Source: Candidatus Thalassarchaeaceae archaeon
GTDB taxonomy: Archaea; Thermoplasmatota; Poseidoniia; Poseidoniales; Thalassarchaeaceae
Assembly (NCBI GenBank): GCA_013329905.1
Contig: DUJH01000016.1
Coordinates: forward strand, 22,192-67,261
DNA length: 45,070 bases
Reading direction: 5' to 3'
Shown here: positions 32,537 to 42,085 of the stretch, piece after piece
Layout of the letters: each line of letters begins with the position of its first letter
How positions within the stretch are numbered: the stretch's first letter is position 1
Position numbers and translations under genes: made by a program
The notes under the pieces: generated by a model
Told to the model about the DNA's origin: nothing
Seen by the model: the letters and a program-made list of their open reading frames with translations, nothing else
Databases searched by the model: none

Positions 32537-34549
32537 TCACTCAATCGCAGGGTCTGGGAAGCGCTCGAAGAAGCGTTTGGCCACACGAGCGGTTCGGTCT
32601 GAATCTTGCGATTTCATTACTTGTAGGCTTGAAGGGAGGCAGAAGCGATACGGCCTCTCTCTCATCCTCTTCTCGAGAATTACTACTAGGGCTCTATCCT
32701 CGGCCTTTCGGATTGGCCGACCAATCGCTTGTAGAACGCGGTTCACCGCTGGTTGATGGCTTGAATAGCGGCGAGCAGCATGAGAGCCGAATCTGTCCTC
32801 GCAATAATCGGTCAAGGCCTTCTGACGTGCACTAGGTGGTGGGACTGGCAGACCGATGCAGATTACGGCGTCGAGGATATTCTCTGAATAATCGACGCCT
32901 TCTGCAAGTTTCCCCGAGAGAACTCCACAAAGTAGAACGCGATCATTCGTACGGCGCTTCCGATAGAGATTTTCAACGAAATCCCCAACTTGCCGCTTTG
33001 ACATTCGAGCAGTCTCCTTCTCGACACGTACACCCCAAGGAACCCATCGATAATCATCGAGAACGATGTCAAGCATGGCATAACTCTGTGCGAAGAGAGC
33101 GACGTGACCTGGAGTGTTTCTGATCACTTCGATGATATGATCGCGAATATTGTTTGTATTCTCCTCGCCGCGTTCGGTGTAGCGCGAGGTTGTATTCTGG
33201 GCGATGAGTACTGGTCGGCGCTCAGAGAGGAATGGTGAATCGTATTCCTTGGCTAATACTCCACGTTCCTTAGGAAGCCTCAGGAGTTCTCGATACATCT
33301 CTGGGGGTGTGAGAGTTCCCGACATCAGAATGGCGCCACGGGAGGCTTTGAACAGAGCTTCTGCGACCACTCCAGGGTCGAGTAGAAAGGATCGTACCCG
33401 AGGCTCGTCGAGTAACTTGTCGAAGACGAGAACGAGAGCCGGCGATTCCTCGTACTGCCCACAGGTCGAGATGAAAGCACCGAGTCGCTCGCAACTAGTC
33501 TCCTTCTCATCTTCATCATCCTCATCAAGATCGACGCGAACCGCATACAGTTGAGTGACTAATCGCTTGAGAGTAGCGTGTTTTGCATTAGGTGTTTCAT
33601 CGAGAGATTCGTTGAGGATTTCTTCCATTTCCTGTAATACCTCCCTTGTCTCGATTCTCATGTCATCATCCTTAGAGCGGGCTAATTGCTTCTCACGAGC
33701 AGAGAACCAGCGAGGCATCTCAGATTGTAGACGCTTGAGAGATCTCTCGGCCCATTCCATCTCATCCAAATCGATTTCTTCATTCCTAGCTGCTGCCCTC
33801 TCTATCTCTTTCTCGAGGTGCTCTTGAACCTCGAATCGAGCGTCGCGGAATGTCTTCGAGATGATGCGACGCTCCATCCCATTTCGAATCCTATCAGGGA
33901 GGTTGTGGGCTTCATCGATGATTAGAATAACATTCTCCAATTCTATTCCCATAGCGGGAAGTGATGCTTCTCTGACACTGTCGATGAAGACGTGATTGTA
34001 ATCACAGATTAGAATGTCACAATTCTTGGCTGCCTCGCGTGCCGCTGCCCATGGACAGAGCTGAATTTTTCGACTGGCACGAATCATGTCGTCAACATGC
34101 ATCGGTACTCGCCACATCTGTGAGCGGATATTACCGCGTAATTCCTCTCTCATCGAGGAGTCGATTTCATCTTCGCAATCACATCGGCCACTGATCCGGT
34201 CGACATTTTCACACATCCCCTCCCGACCAATCAAATCGACAACTCGCAATAGCGGCTCGTTCTGCTCCATCCGCTGATTGATTTGTTTTGCCGTATCGAC
34301 AACGATGCGATGCTGAGATTGCCTCCCTGTAAGGAAGAGGATTCGGATGTTGTCGGCAGAGGAACGCTGGACCGAGATTGCACTGGCGAGAGCCGCAGCC
34401 GTCTTTCCAATACCAGTTGGTGCTGAGGCCATCAGAAATCCTTCAGATAGAAGTGCCTCAAAGCCATCTTCGACCATCTCAGCTTGAGAGTCTCGCACCT
34501 CGCCGTGGGCGAAGTATCTCAGCAAGGAATCGGCTGCCTCGGCAGTCAT
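32537..34549 (-). CDS. XPD/Rad3-family (DinG-like) superfamily-2 DNA helicase with Fe-S domain
   Basis: 670 aa. Walker A is SAPTGIGKT and the DEAH box is IIDEAHNLPD. Four Cys (GMCENV, GRCDCEDE, QLCPW) lie between motifs I and II where the XPD 4Fe-4S cluster sits. The C-terminal helicase lobe reads GVLSGKLAEGVDY...IGLPVPPP...LQAIGRPIR. Confidence 0.85.
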   Translation of the reverse strand: MTAEAADSLLRYFAHGEVRDSQAEMVEDGFEALLSEGFLMASAPTGIGKTAAALASAISVQRSSADNIRILFLTGRQSQHRIVVDTAKQINQRMEQNEPLLRVVDLIGREGMCENVDRISGRCDCEDEIDSSMREELRGNIRSQMWRVPMHVDDMIRASRKIQLCPWAAAREAAKNCDILICDYNHVFIDSVREASLPAMGIELENVILIIDEAHNLPDRIRNGMERRIISKTFRDARFEVQEHLEKEIERAAARNEEIDLDEMEWAERSLKRLQSEMPRWFSAREKQLARSKDDDMRIETREVLQEMEEILNESLDETPNAKHATLKRLVTQLYAVRVDLDEDDEDEKETSCERLGAFISTCGQYEESPALVLVFDKLLDEPRVRSFLLDPGVVAEALFKASRGAILMSGTLTPPEMYRELLRLPKERGVLAKEYDSPFLSERRPVLIAQNTTSRYTERGEENTNNIRDHIIEVIRNTPGHVALFAQSYAMLDIVLDDYRWVPWGVRVEKETARMSKRQVGDFVENLYRKRRTNDRVLLCGVLSGKLAEGVDYSENILDAVICIGLPVPPPSARQKALTDYCEDRFGSHAARRYSSHQPAVNRVLQAIGRPIRKAEDRALVVILEKRMRERPYRFCLPSSLQVMKSQDSDRTARVAKRFFERFPDPAIE

Positions 34550-34642
34550 GGAATCTGTCCTGCGGATAGACCGCCCAAGAAGATTGGCTCAGTCACAGCC
34601 CTGATGTCGGTGTTACTATCAGAGATTATTTGCGCGCGTGCA

Positions 34643-37555
34643 TCATCTGAGAATGATTGCTTCCGAATCTCTGCTGTCGAGTACCACTTTCAGCGGGGAG
34701 TCGAGTCCGATGTGACGCAATGGCCCGATTTCTTCCTCGCTGTCAACGTTGTCTAACCAATCGAAATCCAACATATCATCGGCTGTAATAGTCAGATATC
34801 CAATGTTGAAAGTGACTATGTTTTGGAAGAAGTGGGTGCCTTGACTGGGTTCGACGTGGATATCTGACATTGGCACTTCAATGATGGCTTTCGCTCCCCT
34901 AATTTGTTCCCACGAAACCGGCACTCCCAAAGATGGGTCAGAAGAACCCCAACGCCCAGGTCCTATCAGCAGATATGGGCGTCCTGCTGCTCGCAGTTTT
35001 GCGTCGATTGCCTCGATATGGTCTGTGAGATTGCTTGTTCTCATTCGGTCGAGTCGATTAGGATGAATATAGACAACATCTCTGATATCATCGATTACTC
35101 CGTTGCCGAGCGCGTGGCTCGACATACAGATCGCTCGGGTACGGTCGACCTCGCTCATGTCGATATCGATGTCGACCGTTTCCTCAAGGATTGGACGGAC
35201 TTGGAGAAGAGCAAAAATTTGTGTGTCCGTCTTCTCATCGAGGATTAAGGCGAATTCGATCTCTATTGGTGAATTCAGATATGCTTCGCACCGTGTCAAA
35301 ACGTGATTTAAAATCCCTGCTAGCGGCACTCGCTTGTGTTTGAGAATTGGTGCGAAGGTCACGACTCTTGGGCCTCCATCCGCCTTCACCGAGTCGACAA
35401 TCCTGTCATCGGCCACGATGTAGGTCGAGCCGACCAAGTCGAGTCTCCCATCACTCTCAGCATCCTTCAAACTCAAATTGACGAGGTTTGCTGCCTCATC
35501 GGGTGATACCGGCTTCTCAGATGCTCCCATCGGTATAGCCCAGAAACTCGTCTGAGAAGTCTCCAGCATCGATTCAGTACTATGGAATTGGTGAATCCTT
35601 TTCGGTTGCCCCGGGCTAAATCTCAGGCACTTTTCACCTGATGCGACTTGGCGACCGAGGCCGATGCAAACCGCAGCAATTCCACCCTCTGCCTTCAGCG
35701 GGGAGACTGGGTAATGATTGCGCGAACGGGCAGCCCCAGAAATATGTGGATAGAATCGCCCATTGACCTCGCGGCCGACCAATTCTTGGATGACCACGGC
35801 CATACGCTCATCCTCGATATGCGATGGGGTGGAGGAAACGTACGCCTTCGCTCCCTTGTGGTATGTTGAGGCATAAACCAGTTTGATTGCTTCCTCCAAG
35901 CGAGTCAATCGCACAGAGAGGTCATGGTGATCATTCGCCAGCATGTGAGTGGAGTAGACTCCCGCGAATGGCTGGTGGCTCGCATCCTCGAGCAGGCTCG
36001 ATGAGCGAATCGCCAGCGGCCTCCTCAAGCGCGAAACAATCGTAGTCAAATCTTCGCGAATTTTCTCATCCAGCTCGCCAGCGAGGAATGCAGCATCGAC
36101 CTCAGAATCTTCAAACGCCTCATGTGCGAAGCGTGAAAGATTGTTCTGCTCAATGAATTCCCCGAAGACATCTGTAGAAAGCACAACCGAATTAGGAATG
36201 ATGAATGTGACCTCGGGGAATTCACCTTCCAACCCGAGGTCAGGCATCCGTGTGAAGAAGAAGGCGAGACCACGACCTTTGCCGCCAAGACTACCCCTGC
36301 CAATTCGTTGAAACCCTGTTTCCAAATTCTCAGCATTGTGGTCTCGAATCGTCCTACTTCGAATCTGCAGAACATGCGATTGAATCGAGTCGAGGATGAA
36401 CTCACGAATCTCTTCTGTGGTATCGAAGTCAGAGCGCTTGAGTGGGCGAATCCGAGCAGCGAGAGTAAACTCGGTTCGAGTACGAAGCCAATGTGAGAAA
36501 TGATTCCGCTGGGCATGGTGAACTACGGATTCAATCGGGGCCTCCTTAAGCAGCCTTGTCAGTTCCATCAGAGTCGAAGCTCGGCCGATTTCCTTTCCGT
36601 CTGGTAATTTGAATACGAAATCTCCAAAACTCATCTCTTCAAGCATAAATTCAGCAATCCGACCGTACAATTGAGAATCCTCTTTGTGAACGAATCTAAC
36701 ATTGAGAGCCTCAGCATCTTCCTTCAGTTCAATATTTTTCGATTGAAATAGAATCGGCAGATTCGAATGCCTCGCTCGAGCATATTTGACTAATTTCAAG
36801 CCAGCATCGTCTCTTCCGTCGACCGTGTCGGGGAAATTTCCGTCGGTAAAAATCCCGATGATATTACGGTGATATTTGTCGAAGAGTTCCTGCGCGGTTT
36901 GGTAATCGCTTGCCAAGAGAATTTTCGCACGAGCGCGCAGTCTCAGAACCCTCTCATGCAGATTGCCTCCTTCACCCATCAAGCGCATCGTCTGTTTAAC
37001 GAGTTGAGTGTAGAGTAATGGCAGATAGGCGGAGTAGAATCGTCGACTGTCCTCGACGAGTAGAATCACTTGCACGTCGGCATTTTTGACATCATTAGCG
37101 ACATTTCTTTCATCTTCGATAAGTTTGCAAATCGAGAGCAGAATGCGACTATCACCGGTCCAAACAAAAATTCGGTCTATACCGTCACCAGCGTGCAAGG
37201 TTGCCAATTCTCGCGTATTGTGGCTCAGCATAACTACAGGCAGGTCGGCATTAATGCGTTTTGCCTCACGACCAAATGCATATGCATCCATGACACCGAC
37301 CCTCGCCATCGTAATGACGAGGTCGAAGTTTCTAGTTCGTAGGAGTTCGAGGGCATCGCGGGCTTGAGGGCTGTGAATCATTCGCGGTGCCTGTGAGAGG
37401 TTGAGGTCCGAGTACTCTTGCCGCATAATTTCGGCGAGATAGCCTGATTCTTCGAGCACGTAATGATCGAACGGGCTGGCGACAAGGAGCACATCTCGGA
37501 CGCGAAATGGAGTCAACCTCTCGAATCTCGCGAGGTCCGAGATGCCCACGCCCAT
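34643..37555 (-). CDS. Receiver-like domain(s) fused to a PPDK_N/PEP-synthase-type ATP-grasp domain plus a conserved C-terminal domain; function unknown
   Basis: 970 aa. There are two N-terminal CheY-like segments. The first lacks the acidic pocket (VLLVASPFD...DLVIT). The second has LLVEDS...IFTDG...ILFQS...FVHK. The ATP-grasp signature reads SLGGKGRGLAFF, PLAIRSSSLLEDASHQPFAGVYST, MAVVIQELVG...SGAARS. The C-terminus reads LLIGPGRWGSSDPSLGVPVSW...PSQGTHFFQN. I could not find a canonical GGxT(S/C)HAA swivel-histidine motif. Confidence 0.8.
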   Translation of the reverse strand: MGVGISDLARFERLTPFRVRDVLLVASPFDHYVLEESGYLAEIMRQEYSDLNLSQAPRMIHSPQARDALELLRTRNFDLVITMARVGVMDAYAFGREAKRINADLPVVMLSHNTRELATLHAGDGIDRIFVWTGDSRILLSICKLIEDERNVANDVKNADVQVILLVEDSRRFYSAYLPLLYTQLVKQTMRLMGEGGNLHERVLRLRARAKILLASDYQTAQELFDKYHRNIIGIFTDGNFPDTVDGRDDAGLKLVKYARARHSNLPILFQSKNIELKEDAEALNVRFVHKEDSQLYGRIAEFMLEEMSFGDFVFKLPDGKEIGRASTLMELTRLLKEAPIESVVHHAQRNHFSHWLRTRTEFTLAARIRPLKRSDFDTTEEIREFILDSIQSHVLQIRSRTIRDHNAENLETGFQRIGRGSLGGKGRGLAFFFTRMPDLGLEGEFPEVTFIIPNSVVLSTDVFGEFIEQNNLSRFAHEAFEDSEVDAAFLAGELDEKIREDLTTIVSRLRRPLAIRSSSLLEDASHQPFAGVYSTHMLANDHHDLSVRLTRLEEAIKLVYASTYHKGAKAYVSSTPSHIEDERMAVVIQELVGREVNGRFYPHISGAARSRNHYPVSPLKAEGGIAAVCIGLGRQVASGEKCLRFSPGQPKRIHQFHSTESMLETSQTSFWAIPMGASEKPVSPDEAANLVNLSLKDAESDGRLDLVGSTYIVADDRIVDSVKADGGPRVVTFAPILKHKRVPLAGILNHVLTRCEAYLNSPIEIEFALILDEKTDTQIFALLQVRPILEETVDIDIDMSEVDRTRAICMSSHALGNGVIDDIRDVVYIHPNRLDRMRTSNLTDHIEAIDAKLRAAGRPYLLIGPGRWGSSDPSLGVPVSWEQIRGAKAIIEVPMSDIHVEPSQGTHFFQNIVTFNIGYLTITADDMLDFDWLDNVDSEEEIGPLRHIGLDSPLKVVLDSRDSEAIILR

Positions 37556-37913
37556 GACTGATGATTAGGCTCATCCCCATCAAGGTTCAGCCTACCCACT
37601 CAGGCGGATATAGCCGTATCAGAGTGTCTGAGAAGGGTGTCCCGCCCGAAAAGGACGGGACGGTGTGTGTTTTGATTTTCAGTTATCTCGCTTTTCGAGA
37701 TCGTGGTGGCGACTGCGTGGTGAGAGGTCCGCACGTTCTGGACGTGGAGCCTCTGCCGCGCTGTATCCAATCGCGTTGGAAAGGCGCGCACGGCGTTGCA
37801 GTGCGCTGAATCCTATGGTTAGGACTGCCTTGGAGTGGTGTGGTGCGGAGGGGCGACTGTGTCGCCCCCCCGCGGAGTTCGAGTGCATCCCATTCTCACC
37901 CATGTCTCTCACC
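37556..37913. other. Unusually long, hairpin-dense intergenic spacer (candidate structured RNA or 5' leader; strand unknown)
   Basis: Perfect inverted repeats lie at 37639-37661 (6 bp, followed by TTTT..TTTT on the + strand), 37685-37701 (6 bp), 37786-37806 (6 bp), 37811-37824 (5 bp) and 37850-37868 (8 bp, GGGGCGAC-TGT-GTCGCCCC). There is long-range complementarity between GGTGAGAGG (37719-37727) and TCTCTCACC (37905-37913). Confidence 0.3.
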
Positions 37914-38261
37914 TTATTGTCCGGTCGATTCGTCGAAGCGAGCACGAAGCTCGTCGAGCCTCTTGCGCAGCGCCGCATCGACCGTCGCGTCATCAGCCGA
38001 TGCGCGCGCGATGTGCTCGCGCGCCGCGTATCTCAGAACGACATCAGGCATCTCGCCATGGATTCGACAGAAGTCTTCCAGGCGAGCGCTGAGGTCCGGT
38101 CCGAGGTCGACCTCGACGCGGGTGCCGGAGGGAATGGCTGGTGTGGCAAGGTAACGCCTGATGGCTTCACGGATCACATCAGACCGGTTTCGCATACCAT
38201 CGAACCCAACCCTGCGCTCAAGTTCGAGCAAGTAGTCTTCTGGAATCCTAAGCGATACCAT
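37914..38261 (-). CDS. Ribbon-helix-helix (CopG/MetJ-type) DNA-binding protein
   Basis: MVSLRIPEDYLLELERRVGFDGMRNRSDVIREAIRRYL has the RHH beta-strand/helix/helix pattern at the N-terminus. The ORF track opens at a TTG (38303); ATG 38261 is preferred. Confidence 0.7.
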   Translation of the reverse strand: MVSLRIPEDYLLELERRVGFDGMRNRSDVIREAIRRYLATPAIPSGTRVEVDLGPDLSARLEDFCRIHGEMPDVVLRYAAREHIARASADDATVDAALRKRLDELRARFDESTGQ

Positions 38262-38334
38262 CGGGCTTTGACCTGTCACTCCGCCTTCCTCCTGAGCCTG
38301 CAAGTAGGCTGGGGGGTCTTAAATGTAATGCAAT

Positions 38335-38354
38335 TGAAATACAAATGAAATACA
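38335..38354. promoter_or_regulatory. Direct repeat TGAAATACA x2 with 11-nt periodicity in the AT-rich divergent promoter region (candidate RHH operator)
   Basis: TGAAATACA occurs at 38335-38343 and again at 38346-38354. It is embedded in the AT-rich block 38319-38354, between the RHH gene (minus) and the HD gene (plus). Confidence 0.35.
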
Positions 38355-38463
38355 CAGGACTAGGAAACTTGCCCAGAATTCATTGATTTCCAGATTCACC
38401 ATTTTCTCGCCGGGTAGTTCAGTTGAAGGCGGATGGGCCTCTCGCAGCCGCGCAGGGTTGGTC

Positions 38464-39780
38464 ATGAAGGTCATCAATGACGCGATACACGGGCAATTTT
38501 CGCTCGATGGTGTTCGTGCAGAGTTACTGAAAACACCCGAGATTAACAAATTGAGTCACATCAAGCAATTGGGTTTGGCCCACCTCGTGTTTCCCGGAGC
38601 CCACCACACTCGCTTCGAACACTCGCTTGGGGTTTCGCATGTCGGTGGAATGATGTCCGACTCGATTGGATTGGATGAGTCTGAGAAGACTCTCGTTCAA
38701 GTTGCAGGGATGCTCCATGACGTCGGACATGGTCCATACTCTCACACCCTTGAACATATTCTGCACGAGCGAGGTGGGCTTGATCACATGTCAATCACTG
38801 AGGGTATCATCGTTGGAGAGTACGATGTATTACGAGAGGGTGAAGAAGCGAGTGTCACCGAGCGACAGCGAATCCCCGACATCCTCGAGCGGCATGGCAT
38901 CGAACCGGATGATGTCGCCGCTCTAATCCGCGGTCCTGATGCGCGCGGAACAGAGCGAACTCTACTCTCATGGACCGATGGTAAGGAGGATCTCGTCTCA
39001 GAGGACCGGACTCTCGGTAATTTGGTCCATGGGCCGGTCGATTGTGACCAACTCGATTACCTACTCCGTGATTCCCACTTCACCGGCGTGAAGCATGGAA
39101 TCGTCGACCATCGCCGCCTCATCTCTTGCCTACGCCGTCACGGCGGCGATGTAGCAGTAGAGGAAGGCGGTCTCGCCGCCCTCGAAGGTATGCTGATGGC
39201 GCGCGGTTTGATGTACAGCGCAGTCTACTTCCACCGAGTCACGCGCGTCACCGAAGTAATGCTCAGTCGCGCTGTCGAGCGCAGTGCTGACGAATTACCT
39301 GACCCGACCGATATGCAGCGTCGAGTCGACGCTGAAATCTGGCAGGCACTTTACGAAGCCGGAGACTACGCTCGAGACATGATGCGCCGGCTGAAATATC
39401 GCCAGATGTTCAAAGTCGCTGCTAGCCGGCGCCAGGACGAGCTTTCCACAACACAAATCCAACAGCTCGTTGAAATCGCCCAAAACTCAGAGAATCGTCG
39501 AGAGGTTGAGGATGACCTTGCCCACCGAGCAGGACTCCCCCCGGGGTACGTCGCTGTTGATGTGCCGAGCGTCAAACTTCTCCTCTCGGAACCGAGGATG
39601 GATGCGGTCGACATCCGAATCATAGGCGACGACAACAGAACCCGTTGGTTCCGCGACCACACACCAATAGCAGAGGCCTTGCGCAAAAGACAAGTTAGCC
39701 AAGCAGCAGTGTATGTCATGACCCTCCCTGGGCACGAGAAGAATGTGGCTCGACTTGCAGAGCGTCATCTCTTCGAATGA
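38464..39780 (+). CDS. HD-domain phosphohydrolase (COG1078 / SAMHD1-like dNTP triphosphohydrolase family)
   Basis: MKVINDAIHGQFSLDG..., TRFEHSLGVSHV and GMLHDVGHGPYSHTLEH (HD metal ligands), and DCDQLDYLLRDSHFTG. ATG 38464 is preferred over the TTG-opened ORF at 38383. Confidence 0.85.
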   Translation: MKVINDAIHGQFSLDGVRAELLKTPEINKLSHIKQLGLAHLVFPGAHHTRFEHSLGVSHVGGMMSDSIGLDESEKTLVQVAGMLHDVGHGPYSHTLEHILHERGGLDHMSITEGIIVGEYDVLREGEEASVTERQRIPDILERHGIEPDDVAALIRGPDARGTERTLLSWTDGKEDLVSEDRTLGNLVHGPVDCDQLDYLLRDSHFTGVKHGIVDHRRLISCLRRHGGDVAVEEGGLAALEGMLMARGLMYSAVYFHRVTRVTEVMLSRAVERSADELPDPTDMQRRVDAEIWQALYEAGDYARDMMRRLKYRQMFKVAASRRQDELSTTQIQQLVEIAQNSENRREVEDDLAHRAGLPPGYVAVDVPSVKLLLSEPRMDAVDIRIIGDDNRTRWFRDHTPIAEALRKRQVSQAAVYVMTLPGHEKNVARLAERHLFE

Positions 39781-39806
39781 TTTCAGTAGTCATCATGGCT
39801 AAATTT

Positions 39807-39823
39807 CATCCCCTATGGGGATG
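39807..39823. repeat. Perfect 7-bp inverted repeat CATCCCC-TAT-GGGGATG, 27 nt downstream of the HD gene stop
   Basis: Read directly from the sequence. Function (termination or processing signal) is not established. Confidence 0.6.
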
Positions 39824-39839
39824 TGTCCTAGATGTATGA

Positions 39840-41282
<1,443 letters not shown>

Positions 41283-41341
41283 GTCGCAATTCTAACCGTC
41301 TGAAACATACAGACATTGATTTGAATCACGGTGATTCCCAA

Positions 41342-42085
41342 TCAGTGCTCTTCGTTAATAGAGGAAAGGAATTTTTTCAGTCGATCGGATTTCGGTTCAT
41401 TGACAATTGAGGAGGGACCTTCCTCTGCTACCTGTCCATGATCCATGTAGACGATTCGATCTGCTACATCTCTCGCGAAATGGATTTCATGAGTGACGAT
41501 AACCATCGTCATTCCTTCATCGGCAAGCCCACGAATGGTTTGCAGTACCGATCCAATAAGCTCGGGGTCGAGCGCGCTGGTCGGCTCATCGAAGAGAATC
41601 ACCTCAGGCTTCATCGCTAGCGCGCGAGCGATAGCGACTCGCTGCTTTTGCCCACCTGAGAGATTTCCAGGATAAGCATCGACGCGATCAAGCATATCGA
41701 CTCGTCCAAGTACTTCGAGAGCCACTTCATTTGCCTCCTCTTTACTCATCTTACGAACGTGCCTTAGCCCGAGAGTCACATTATCGAGGACCTTCAGGTG
41801 AGAAAATAACTCGAAGGATTGGAAAACCATGCCGATTCTGCTGCGAACCTCGTTAACATCAGCACTGGGAGTGTTAATCTGTTCATCGCGTAGTAGAATC
41901 GCACCGTCGGTCGGCTCAATCAAACGATTGATGCAACGCAGTACAGTCGACTTACCCGAGCCAGACGAACCGATGATCGCGACCGACTCACCCTCATGTA
42001 CATCGAAGGAGACTCCTCGAACGGCGTGAACTCCGCCTGCGTAGATTTTGTGCAGGTCGCGAATTGAGAGAACGACTTGTGACAT
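41342..42085 (-). CDS. Polar amino-acid-type ABC transporter ATP-binding protein
   Basis: 247 aa. Walker A is GSSGSGKST, the signature is LSGGQKQRVAIARAL, Walker B is ILFDEPTSALD, and there is an H-loop (VTHE). The start abuts the permease stop with zero spacing. Confidence 0.9.
   Translation of the reverse strand: MSQVVLSIRDLHKIYAGGVHAVRGVSFDVHEGESVAIIGSSGSGKSTVLRCINRLIEPTDGAILLRDEQINTPSADVNEVRSRIGMVFQSFELFSHLKVLDNVTLGLRHVRKMSKEEANEVALEVLGRVDMLDRVDAYPGNLSGGQKQRVAIARALAMKPEVILFDEPTSALDPELIGSVLQTIRGLADEGMTMVIVTHEIHFARDVADRIVYMDHGQVAEEGPSSIVNEPKSDRLKKFLSSINEEH

Noticed and set aside
37558-37631. Possible C/D-box sRNA (CTGATGA at 37558-37564, CTGA at 37628-37631)
   Set aside because: There are no internal C'/D' boxes and no convincing terminal stem. 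The box spacing is long for archaeal sRNAs, and the C-box candidate abuts the start codon of the 970-aa gene on the other strand.
37556-37913. Identity of the structured spacer as SRP (7S) RNA or RNase P RNA
   Set aside because: The GCCCGAAAAGGA hairpin only loosely resembles SRP helix 8 and lacks the flanking AGCA and GGUCAGG elements. No GAGGAAAGUCC (RNase P CR-I) is present on either strand. It is kept only as an unclassified structured region.
38262-38303. TTG start (38303) for the RHH gene as given by the ORF track
   Set aside because: ATG 38261 places the RHH beta-strand (VSLRIP) at the extreme N-terminus, as is typical. The 14 upstream codons add only a Gln/Glu/Gly-rich leader.
37665-38348. 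227-aa plus-strand ORF spanning the structured spacer and the RHH gene
   Set aside because: It is Arg/Cys/Ser-rich with no motif and is antisense to a well-supported RHH coding frame. It is most likely a GC-driven open frame.
38464-39780. HD phosphohydrolase as an anti-viral dNTP-depleting defence gene
   Set aside because: COG1078-type HD proteins are widely conserved single-copy archaeal genes. Nothing in the sequence distinguishes a defence paralogue, so it is noted only as context.
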